A stretch of DNA of 64,000 nucleotides, taken from Azolla caroliniana (taxonomy: Eukaryota > Plantae > Polypodiophyta). The stretch lies in the NCBI GenBank assembly GCA_043228905.1, contig JBHGNT010000018.1:3348001-3412000 (forward strand). Reading direction: 5' to 3'. A model generated the notes under the pieces. The model was not told the DNA's origin and ran no database searches. It was given only the letters and a program-made list of their open reading frames with translations. The position numbers were made by a program, and so were the translations under genes. Shown here one piece after another: positions 1 to 12,600 of the stretch; the first letter of the stretch is position 1, and each line of letters starts with the position of its first letter.

Positions 1-618
1 TTGAAAGTTTCCCACTATGCCTTGTAATTTTACTTCTTCTCTTTTAGTTGACATCACAACTGTCCACACTCCATAATTACATAATAAATTCCTCAGGAGC
101 ATAGAAACATGATTAAGTAATTGGCATATTCGAAGTTGTCAATGCCATCTTTGATCTATTACTCAAGTAGTATTCCATGCTGAATTGCAAGGAGAGGGGG
201 TTGTGTTCAATGTGAAAATTCCCAAAAGGTTCCCAATGTACTTTAAAAATTGGCTTTTATACTCCCATGGTTTGACACTTGTAAATCACAAATTTGATAG
301 AGCTACTTTTTAGGGGTCTTACTCTTAGAATCCTCACCCTTAGGATAGATGGTCAAAAATAAAATTTTCAGTCTAGGCTTTCCTGTTGGTAATCATGTAC
401 AGGCACTCTTGGTTTCGTTCTTTGAAAAAATCTTGTTGAGCATCTTCACCCTTGGAAGCAATGGTGCCCATTCCATGTCACCAATTGAGATGAATCTGAT
501 AATGTGATTGCAGTACATAACTCGTTGAATTTATTAGACATCACTCAGAATTTCTCTGTTTTCTCTATCTGAATCATCTTATAAAACTGTGGAACTGCTA
601 CCTTTCTTTGTTCTGCAG

Positions 619-3600
619 GTTATAAGTGGTCATCTTGGATGGGTCAGATCAGTAGCTTTTGATCCTGGAAATGAATGGTTCTGCACTGGTTCTGCTGATC
701 GAACCATAAAAGTATGCAACTTGCCAGATAATTGCTATTTTTAGCTGCAGACTCATGTAATTCTGTTGCATACTAATGATGTGAATTATGTTTATCCTCC
801 TTTATTGCAGATATGGGATCTTGGCACTGGCCAATTGAAGCTCACATTGACAGGGCATATTGAACAAGTCAGAGGTTTGTCTGGGCATAATTCCTTAGTA
901 TTGTTTGAATTCACTTGTTTATTCTTGATATCAAACTATTGTAATTTGTGTTTCTTAAACATGTGAAAGTATCCCATCTGTGTAGTTGAGGCCATATGTG
1001 TAAGCAACTCTTTACAATCTCATGAATGTTTCTAATAGTATTATTATGTCATGTTATTTAAACAGGTCTTGCTGTCAGTCCAAGGTTTCCTTACTTGTTC
1101 TCTGCTGGTGATGATAAACAAGTGAAATGCTGGGATCTTGAATATAACAAGGTTTTACTTTTTCTATGTCCATGCATCTAACTCTTTTGGATAGTTTAGT
1201 TTGCTACGTACATGTAAAGGTTTCTTGGAATAGTTTCTTTGATATTGGAATAGACACATTCAGCCCCCCTCCTTAGGAAGACTGTAGTTCTAGAGAAGTG
1301 AGGTTCAGTCCCTAGCTTGCACACAACACTTTTTTCCTCTGTGAAATTAAAAAAGGTATCATATTATATACAACTAATCTTTGTTTCTTTCTTTTTCTGT
1401 CCTCTCATCATCATCTCCCTTTTGCTTTGTGTTACTGTAGAATGTCTTTGCAGCACTTCCAAATTGGAATATATTGATAATATTTGGCTGTATTGGTTGA
1501 TGCCACCTCCAGCTCAGATATTCAACTTTTTCTTTTTTCTTTCCGTTTTCTAAAGAATGTTGTATTAATATTGTATTGCCACACAGCCAATCATGTGTTG
1601 GGTGTCGGTCATTTTTTCTTTTGGTAAATAAAATTTAGTAATCTGGTCATGCTGATGTTGAATGGTCATTGATTTTGTGATTCAGGTAATACGGTCCTAT
1701 CATGGACACCTGAGTGGAGTATATTGCTTAACACTGCATCCAACTTTGGACATCCTTTTGACAGGAGGTCGGGATTCTGTTTGCCGGGTAAGTGTATTGC
1801 AATCAATCTAGTAATGTAGAGAGAGAAATATATATGAATATTTAATGTTCTGTTTCACTTAAGACATCAATGCTGGATATCTGAGAACGAACAGTAAAAA
1901 AGGATTGCCTAATACTAACTTTAAGATCCGTTTTTATGCACAATGTGTAGGCTCTACAGAGCTAGTCGCCTTTTAAGGTAAGAGTAGGTTATAAGATGAG
2001 TAGACAAATATTTCCCCAGAAAATGAGTGAAGGATCGTATGGAGCAAGTTTATTACTAGTGATATTATTTCCAAGAGTAAACACTTTTTGTTCTCTGCAT
2101 ATGCTTTCAGATATATAATGTTTATGGAGCCTTTGCTATTTAATCCTTTGCTATATGTCTTCTTGGCTGAGTCATATTGTGACTTCCTTGACACTCAGTA
2201 TGTTGATGCATTTAGCCAATCTAAGCTTGAACTTAAATGAATGGTTTAGATTCTCGTTATTTATGAAGTAGTTTGTAATACTCTTTACTTTTTTAATGGA
2301 TGTTACTGTCTAATCGAGGGTGCTCTATGAATATTCTGTTTTTCTATTTTCTATTATATGAATTTAATGCATTACGAGGGGACTCAATGTATATATTGGA
2401 GATAAACTAACAACTTTGTTGGACACACGCGATTCCATGTATGGAGAAATGGTAGCAGAAGTTAGACTACGGTGACAAGCTCAAGATATGAAGTAACTCA
2501 AGACACATTTTGGGGATGAACTAACAGCTTTGTTTTACAATGCACTACTAGGGGACTCAATGTGCGTATTGGGGATGAACTAACAGCTTTGTTTGACACA
2601 AGCAATTCCATGTATGGAGAAGTGGTAGCAGAAGTTGGACTACGGTGACAAGCTCAAGATATGAAGTAACTCACAGAATATTAACACTTACTAACATTGG
2701 GTAGCGACATGTATTAGTGATAAAATGGCCGAGATCAGATTCTTTGATGTGTTGTAACCCCATAGGAGATGCAAACACAGTCTATTATTTGATGGAATCT
2801 CTATGCCTTCTAACCATGATAAGAGAATTCACTACCTCTAGTTGACATATTGGTTCGGCAGAAGATCATGCATATCTATGCTATAAGGTGAAAGATAAAT
2901 GCCATAAAAATGCACGTGCTAAGAACGGGATTAGGATGTTAAATACCAATTTGCTCCTGAGATAGTTGATGTGTATACTTGTAGCATATATGGCACGCTT
3001 GATTTACATCCTTTGCATCCCTAGATTAAGTCATACAAGGGTTGTCAACGTTAATGCATTTTGCAATCACAAATGCTGATCCACACAAAATGCATTTTGC
3101 AATCACAAATGCTGAGCCACACAAATGCTGAGTTACGAATGTTGTGATACAAAGAGATCCTATCAAAGTCTTAAGCAATCATCTAGTACCAATGTGTTAC
3201 GTTAAATTTGGTTTATATAAAAATGTTTAGTTGATCCATTGCATAGTTCTAAGCACCTTTGCTCAGTGTAGATGTATCCTCTATGCAAATGTGTCTAATT
3301 CTCTTTTATTCCTGGAATATTCTGTCCTAGGTTTGGGATATGCGAACAAAAGCACAGATTTTTGCTCTATCAGGACATGAGAATACTGTCTGCTCTATCA
3401 TCACTCAAGCTACGGTAAATTATTATCACCCATTTATTGGCAGTTATTAACTCTATTTTATGCTTATTTCTGTGAGATTTTTAGCTTCTCGTCATATATG
3501 ATACGCTTCTTGTTATAGGATCCTCAAGTTGTTACTGGTTCTCATGACACTACTATCAAGCTCTGGGATCTCGCTGCAGGTATAATGGGATTCTATATGT

Positions 3601-4576
3601 TCCTGTGGTCTAAAATGATCTGGAAGGTATTTTTTGTTATGTTTGACATTCATGAATGTATGCCAGGCAAGTCGATGTCAACGCTGACTTTTCACAAGAA
3701 GTCGGTTCGTGCCCTAGCAATGCATCCCTTTGAGTAAGCTTTCTCTGCAATTTCTGTGGCTGGTTGCCAAGTTGTATAGTTTGTAATTTCAAGAGTATGT
3801 ATTGCAGACATTCTTTTGCTTCGGCCTCTGCTGATAACATAAAGAAGTTCCGGCTTCCCAAGGGTGATTTTCTGCATAATATGCTGTGAGTAGTTTCAGA
3901 TAATGGTAAATTGTATATGTTACGTAATTCATAAAGTGTAGTGGAATGAAAATTTTAAGCTGGTGATGTTGAGGACATTTTTATCGGTGAATTCAGCTCG
4001 CAGCAAAGAACTATTGTAAATTGTATGGCAGTGAATGAAGAAAATGTTATGGTATCAGGGGGTAAGGAAATTATTACTTAGCCATCAATTTCATTTTTTT
4101 GTTGTTGTATATTAATGAGCAATGTACATGCTCGCACTTCAGGTGATAATGGAAGCATATGGTTCTGGGATTGGAAAAGTGGGCATAACTTCCAGCAGAC
4201 GCAAACGATCGTTCAACCAGGTACAGTACAAATCTTCTTTCCAAATATTTTGTATTTTGTTAATCAGCTCTTAACAGTAGAAAGTGGATGATACTTAATA
4301 TGTGCCTTTTCTTATTTATCTACTATAATCTGTGCCTTTCTTATATATCTACCTTAATATGTGCCTTTCTGATCTATACTTCATATGTATATAATATATG
4401 CAGGATCTCTTGATAGTGAAGCAGGAATATATGCGGTATCTTATGACATTACTGGAACTAGGCTTGTTACATGTGAGGCTGATAAAACAATAAAGATGTG
4501 GAAGGAGGATGATACTGCTACGCCTGAAACACACCCTCTTCATTTCAAGCCACCCAAAGATATTCGACGGTTTTAG
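619..4576 (+). CDS. PRL1: Pleiotropic regulatory locus 1 / PLRG1 / Prp46 WD40 spliceosomal (NTC) protein, 3' part. Exons 619-711, 811-874, 1066-1151, 1686-1787, 3331-3414, 3519-3579, 3667-3733, 3808-3885, 3997-4061, 4143-4220, 4404-4576
   Basis: GT-AG exons join in frame to [35 protein letters not shown]...GHLSGVYCL...[11 protein letters not shown]...[23 protein letters not shown]...RRF*, the PLRG1 family sequence. The 5' exons lie upstream of the window. Confidence 0.96.
2378..2672. repeat. ~120-bp direct duplication inside a PRL1 intron
   Basis: ggggactcaatgt...gtggtagcagaagtt.gactacggtgacaagctcaagatatgaagtaactca occurs at ~2378-2499 and ~2551-2672. Confidence 0.8.
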
Positions 4577-6697
4577 ATGTGTATCGCTATATCCTTACTT
4601 CATCTTGATTGGTAGAAGATATTGAGCATTTAATGTGAGATAGCCACCATGTTATCATGACTAGATGGTTCACAGGTAGCCTTGTAGAGAGATCCAATTT
4701 TTAATGGAAATAACAATTTGGATTAACTGAAATTAAAAGTTCTCGGAATTGTCCCAGGATGGTCCTAGACTTGTCTGTAATATTCTGTTAGATTTCTCCA
4801 AACCTGTGTCTGAAGAGTACTTTTGATGTCAAATGGCAAACATGACAGAAAGCATCTGATAAATCTCTGTTTGAGATACAGACGCAATTTCTTTGTTTAT
4901 TCTTGGTGGATATGATGGACTTGCCAGTATGCCCAATAGTTTTGTGCTGCATCTTTCCGTGTATAGGAGGGAAACCACAATAGAATAGCAAGAACTTAGC
5001 CAATTCATAATTCATAATTCATAATTCATAGTCTTTGATGTGTACAAGAAGTATTTCCATCAGTCTTTTTGATGCCTTCAACAAATGTTTCTAGCAAACT
5101 GGCAGACATTTGTTTTCCAATATACTCAAATATAGATAGCTTGTGATTTAATTTAATGTAATGTATTTTTGTTTATTTAGATTTTTAATTATTTTGACTT
5201 AAATGGTTAGGTTAAATTTTTTTATTAAATGGTTCAGTTTGGCTTGAACTTTTCCCTAAACGGTTTGTCTTTTATATAAATGGTTCGGTTTGTCATTATA
5301 AGGAATGAACTTTATTATTGTATATGTTTTGTTTTAAGAAAATTTATTGTTAATAAAAAAAAAAGTTTCATCTTTATCATGGGGTCATGTAAAATAAATT
5401 CTGTCCTACAGTGGTTGAAAACAATAATTTGTGTTAGGGACACATGGATGAATACATTGTGTTAGGGATACATGGATGTATACACATGGATTATTGCTGA
5501 AATTCATGACCATGCTATGTATTCAGATATTTACAGGTGATACATTAATGCATGTACTTAACATGTGTACTTAAACATGTATTCTACTTAAGAATAATTA
5601 CATCTCGTTCCATTATTATGGAAAGACAAGAAAATCTGAAGACTCTAGTGAACTGACCAAGTTCCCAAAACTCTACTGATAAACTAATCTATACTGAAAT
5701 TATTAGCTTGTGAAATCTTTGAAAAACAACATATATCATACACCTACCTATCCACATGTCCATACACTGCATATGATATATCAACCTATAAAATAATCCA
5801 TTAGGTGTATCTTCAAGATGTATGATAAATGTGTAACATACAACATGGAAAGTAGTGATATATTGGGTGACACTGAGAGTGATATACATATAAGAAATCT
5901 CATTGTTGGTGAAATGTTCACCAATAATGTCACATATATAATGTGAACAGGCATCCTAATACCACATTGCCGGCAAAAAACAAATATATATAATTCTTGA
6001 GCACACCACATCCTATAACCACAATGTACTTATATCCTATATGTAGAATGATAACCACGATGTTCATGAAACATTTACTAGATATAATACAAATGAGCAC
6101 CCTATATGCAATCTAGCATGCACAGTGCACACCATCATACTCAAACCAATACATGCAAATTTCTATATTGATCCTCAAAAGCAAGAATTGTGAAGCTTAG
6201 TTCCATAGTATCTCAGATAATAGAGAATAATATATACAATTCAGCCATTGTATATACACCCCAAAGAAAGTAAAAAGACCCCAAATCTTTGATATACAAT
6301 TACATCACCAACTCTATTTATAGCAGTTACATTATGCAGAGTTTATAGTTGCACTATATGAGTAAATATAAATGTACACTCATAGAGAGTAAGATGAAGT
6401 GATACAAGCAAGCACTTTCACTTACCAAATAATTATTCAGACTCTCATGAATTGTAGCACATAACTGGATAGTCATAGTTATTGAAAATCGAAAATGGGC
6501 AGTGACTTGGAATAGAAAACTTCTGTACAGGATTAGTACAGACAACTATGATCATAGGCATGGATGGGCAACTTCCTCCATGACATGTCTAATAAGTGAT
6601 TGCAAAAGGTCGTTATCATAAGCTCAAATGACACCTAAAATTCTACAGAGCATTTATGATAGTGTCACTATGTTTATGTTGTCATCGAGATTCAAAG

Positions 6698-9600
6698 CTA
6701 ATATCCTTTGTTCCCTCGAATACGAGATCGCATGTCAACCTGTGTAACATGTTCATAGACAATCAGGCTAGATAGAATAAACAATTTTTAAGAAGACAAG
6801 GGGAAGAAGATTATTTACTTACAAATCACAACTTAAGGAATCATTTATCTCAAACAAATAAGCATATGGACTTATATTGTTACTGAAAGCAACTACTTAC
6901 CAGTTAAGAAAATTATCATTCCATGCTTAATAATATTATGTTGGGTGGCTAATGCAACAGGCTTTCTACGTTTGTCGCAAAAAGTGGGTGAACAAGTGCT
7001 AAGGAGGGGTGTGCACGCATGGAAGAAAAAAGGAGGACAAAGAGAAGTAGGAGGGTGCATGAACGAGGAACAAAAAGTAAGAGAGGGAAGAAGCACATGT
7101 GGGAACAATGAAAGAAAGAAAGATATATTAATGTCTTTTAAGAAGACAAAATGGCCTATAAGACCAAACATGAGATTACATCTTAAGTGTTGTCTCGTCT
7201 TTGAGAACAACAAATAAAAATAAAAATAAAAATAAATATTACACAGTAAATATAAAAGTAAATAAGATAAAAAGAGACGAGGGAATCTGGTTTTCGGCAC
7301 ATGTGAGATTCTCAGGTTAGATATATTGTAACTTTTGTCTTTGAAAGATCGCTGGCATAGGTCGATCCAAAATGGAGAGGTCTCCGAAGCGAGGGAAGCA
7401 CCTCTGATGGCGGGAGATGATGGCCTTTATTTGTCGATGACAAGGGTGCTGAGGTCATCGTCCATGGGGCTGGGGCCTACGTGCACGACGAATTGCTATT
7501 GCCCGATCTATTGTAACCCCTTTGTTATGTCTTGGTCGGGAGACCATTTGTGTATCCCTTGATTGACTTGTAACATTAGTAGGAGTGATGGGGCTAAAGA
7601 AAGTTGTGATTGTTCTTTGTGGATGAGCTTGTGTGGCGGTATTCTTCAACAACTTTTCCCTGTGTCTCTTGAGTTCTAGCAAGAAAAGTCCTAGGCACTT
7701 TTGGTCTTCATATTCTATTACCTTGTGTGGCGGGCCATAGCCTTGTTTTAAGGGGCAATGGTATCTCCCTCTGATTTCGTAAAAGACACTACAATGACAA
7801 ACATATTGTTCTTCGGATTTCACTCCTTGATGCCCATATAGCTATGAAATTTAAAATATGACAAGGAAGAGTGAATGGCCTAGTAGTCAGGGCCATTCAC
7901 TCAGTACTATAGGTCAAAGGGTTTCGATGTGAATGTGGCCTGTGGTCCAAATGTAAGAGGTACCCCAACCATAGCTTCTAGGTGGCGTAGCTCACGTTCC
8001 CTTATCTTCTTAATCATTTCTACTGAGTGTTGAGTTGCTTTGAAGCCCAACATCCGAGGGCGTTTGGTTATTCTTTGCATTTCTGCTTCATCAAGAGAGA
8101 GGCCGAGTGGCGTAAGTGTGTCCACATTTATTGTCTCCCCCTTGTTCCTAAAAAATTACATTAGTTTCATATTGGTGGATATTAAAAGGGTTATCGTTAA
8201 TACTTTGTAATTTATTCTCCCTATGTTGTTTTAGCTCTAAGATATACCTACCTACTCTCTTTATATCCGGGGTATCTAATAGCTTGGAGAGGGTGGGAGA
8301 GGGTCCTAGTATATCTTGGTATTTCGCCCTTATCTCGGCATAAGTTGGACACTTACATGTAAACTGATGCTCATCCTCTATCTCTATGTGACATAACCTA
8401 CATAGCCTTTCATCTCTAGGGACTCTATTAGCATGACCATTCTCAATCTCAAGTTGGTGAGATGATATCCTAAGTTGTCCAATGGCTACCCTTAGTGCAT
8501 TTGATAAGAATGTATCTAGGTATTTTGGTCGTGTAATAAAACCTAACTTAGAGAAGTGCAAGAAGTGTTCCTTATAGTACAACATTTTATATGGGAGTGG
8601 CTCTCGTGGGGTGATCCAATTTATATCGGGTGTAAATTTTCCATATTTCTTGGCTTATTACTTTATTGTGGTCTTCATGAGAGATTAAAGTTTGATCAGT
8701 CCCATGGTTGTACTTAAGGGGAGGTAAGTTATTAATGTCTATGCCATTTGCAAGTAACCAACTCACTACAATGCTATACCAAGAGCTAGTGTCTCCGGAA
8801 GCATATAGGGATCGGGATGCCTCAAAGGATTGATGGGATATCCTATCTTGGGGTTGGCTATGTATACGGGGAATAAAAACTACCACTTGGAAGAGTGCTT
8901 CTACTAACATTGGGGGCAACCTGAACTTTGCTCTAATAATGTCATGTGGTACTGTCGATTTGCTTCGGAGTTGACATGATAATATCATCACTAGAGGTCT
9001 CTCTAACTGTGTCCACATAAAGGATGGTAGACCTGGAGCCCATATTACTGCTGCATACATGAGGGAAGGGGACACTAATGAGTCAAAGAGCCATCCCTTA
9101 GTCTGTGGCTCTTGAAAGTATGTTTGGTGGCATTGTATCTCTAAGAGAGAGGGATGCATACCCTCTCGTTAGTCTATCTTTGGCTGCTTGGGTCATCGAG
9201 AATTTACTTGAACGAGCACTAAAGGTGACTCCCAAGTACACATATGATGCAACTACCTCAACTGGTTTATCAGAGAGGATTAGGTGACATTTACTTCTAA
9301 CTTGAGACGATGTATGAAAGGTAAGAACTTTAGTTTTCGCTAGATTCACTACCAGTCCTCTGTTGGAGGGTGGCAGCTCCATCCCTGCACTCTCTTTCAT
9401 ATTTATTATCTTTGTACTACATTCTCTCTTTTCTTAGATTCTTCTCTCTCTAGAATCTACAATGCTTTAAATGCCTTTTCTCTCTTCTACCTTTTCCAAG
9501 ATATTCCTAGTTTTTTGTACCTGTTTGGTAGTACAAGAGTCACTTAACTACCAAACAGCCATTTCACCCACATTCCCCAAATTTGTATAAATGGGCTATA

Positions 9601-12600
9601 CCAGCCTCTTTTGTATAAGTTTTCATTTTCTTTTTTGCTACTTAAAACAAGCTCTATTCCTTGGCTGTGTCTCTACTCTTTGCAACCATTTTTTCTACTG
9701 CTGTCTAACAGCCTTCTCACAGCTTGGCTGTGCCTATTTTGTTTTAAGTCTTCCGCTGCTGCTATTAACAGCTTTTCTCACATCCTCGTTGTGTGCAAAA
9801 GTCCTCGGTGATAGGGGGAAACCTTGTTTACACCAATGGTGCTCGTGAAGCAATCAGATAGGCCACCTGGGCATCATACGCACCCAGAGACTTGCTCACA
9901 TAGAGCATAGATGGCCCAGATCATGTCAGTTGGTATCTCAAAGCATTTGAGCCTATCAAACAACCGCTCCCTAGAATCTGTGTCAAAAGCTTTGCGGAAG
10001 TCCACGAAGCAACAATATAGTTTCTTCTTGCGACCCTTCGTCTGGTCAATTAAGCATCTAAATGTGAAGATATGGTCAATAGTGGAGAAGGCTCGTCTAA
10101 AACCAGCTTGCTCAGGTGCTCGAAGACTTATGGCTTCCATATAATCGTTGAGCTCTACTTCCATTACTGCAACATATAGTTTCGCGAGTGTATGACCTAT
10201 CATAATGGTCCTATATGTATTTGGGTCCATTAGGTCCCCTCCTTTATGTATAGGGGCCACTGTGTTCATGGTCCATTGTGGTGGAAAACCCTCGGCGAGG
10301 GCACGGTCAAAGATTAGTGTGAGTAAAGGGGCTAGGCACTCTCGAGCATATATGATGTGCTCAGCTCGTAAACCTGTGTGGTCCATGGATTTCCTATGTT
10401 GTAGATTTTTTATGACCTTTGTGACCCTAGAGATCGTGGAAAGTGTCCCCATGGTAGGCCAAGGTGTGGAGGGCATGGCGATGGGTGGTTGGTTCAGGAC
10501 ATGGTAGAGTCTCTTTGTATATGTGTGCCAAGTGTTGGGATCTTCGATGGGTGTTTGTGGTCTCGGTTCCCGTAGCCTCTTCCATGCAAGGGTGCAATCC
10601 CTACTCATGAGCATGTGGTAGAGCTCCCAATATTGAGACGCTTCCCAGGCTCGTCTTTTACGACGTGTCATCTTGTGCATCTCTTTGCGAGCTTGTACTG
10701 AGGAAATAGTACAACTAAATCGCAACACTTTAAGTTGTTTATACAAGTCTCTACAATCCTCATCATACCACTTGTTTTGTGGCATAGAACCTATTCTACT
10801 ATGATTGGAGTGTTTTGTGTATGGGAAGCTATTGATTGCTGCTGAGTGAAGGATGTGTGTGAGTTCTGTTGTGAGGTCGTCTAAAGGCAGGGAAGGATCA
10901 AGAGAGGAGAGCTAGGCTTGAACATGTTGGGAGAGAGAAAGTGTGAGTGAGAGTAAAAGAGAATTAAATGTGGCGCAGGGCTCCATGTGCTACATCAAGT
11001 AAAGGCTGATTTAAAGCCCAAAAATCCCTCTCTAAAAAGAGGGGAATATTTGGCGTCATTTATTGTAATGAGCCCAATGAACCACGACCATGAAAGTCAA
11101 CCGCACCAACACCATGAACCTCAATCCACGTGAACAATGAGCACACAGGCTCATGATGGCGAATGCGGAAAGAAGAGCGCGAGCTCCAAACAACGATGAA
11201 GGCGATCCCAACCACTCAATCAGCCCAAACACGAACCTCCCTCGTTTTCACAATCACCCTTGGAAGAGGAGAGCGCGAACGCCTCTCGTGTTCACAAACA
11301 TACCTACAAGAGGAGAGGACAAACAGGCTTCGTGTTCACAAATACGTCTCTAGGAAGGGAGGGTGAGAGAGAGTGGGAGAAAGAGCACCAAGGGTAGCCA
11401 AAAGAAAGAAGAAGAGAGGTTTTTGTGCACCCCTCACCCCCTTTTATAGTGCTAAAAGGGGGGTGGGCTCATTACAATAAATGAGGCCAAATATTTCCCT
11501 CTTTTCAAAGAGGGATTTTAGGCTTTAAATTAGGCTTCACTTGATGTAGCACATGGAGTCCTGTGCCACATTTAATGCTCTTTTACTGTCACTAACACTT
11601 CCTCTCACGCACTTTTATTCCCACACTTTCACACATATGCCTTACCACTCTCTACTCATTCCCCTTTGTACTCTTCCTTTGCTCCTCCCACATGTGCATA
11701 TGCACCTTAGTGCACATCAAACCCTTCTTTTTCATTCCGTTTGCTCTCCTTTCACCATTCATTTTACATTTTATTTACCCTTTCCCCTTTTCATTTTCAT
11801 TCGTGTGCATGTGCAACAAATATCCTCATATGTGCACAAATTGCACATAACCATTTGGCCCCTTTTCTTTCCTGATTTCTCACTGTTGCTGTACATCTTC
11901 ACGACACAGGGCGGAACCACGGGGATCTCAGACTAGGGAATTGGAGGGAGTGAGAAGGTTGGCGCTTATTTGGCGTTACGAGCTTTAGTGCTCGTTGGGC
12001 GTGTGAACGGGGGTGTGCATGGATGCACACAAAAAGAGTCTTTGTATAAACAAATGTAATAAATATCAAGGTATAATAATTACAAGAATCTTGGCCATGA
12101 AAGCACCATGCAAAATAAACCACTGTATGGTGTATATTGCTTTTCCTAGAAAGGTATTTTTAACAAATATAATCTGTACAAATAGTAATAGCAATACTGC
12201 ATAGCCAAGAATCTTGGCCTTGAAAGCACCATGCAAAATAAACCACTTTACGGTGTATATTCTATAACAAAATTCAAAGAATTGCACAAAAACTGTCCAA
12301 AGGCGAGAAATTTCTACATGGGTATTGCTTTCTTTTTCATCACCGTGGAAGAACAACAACTAAATCTTCAAAATAAAAATTAGCTCGATTAAGTCTCCAC
12401 TATTAAGGATCCACCAATAACTCACCTAATGGAGGGCTAAGGAGCATCTTTGCTCAGTTAGGAGTTAAGTGTAATCCATACACTCACCTTATACCCTCAC
12501 TTCCTTAAGGAGATTAACGATGGATCACCTACTCAAGAAGAGGCTAATATTCGATATTAATGTTTGATTAATGAATAAGTGATAAGCAGTTGCAATGGTT

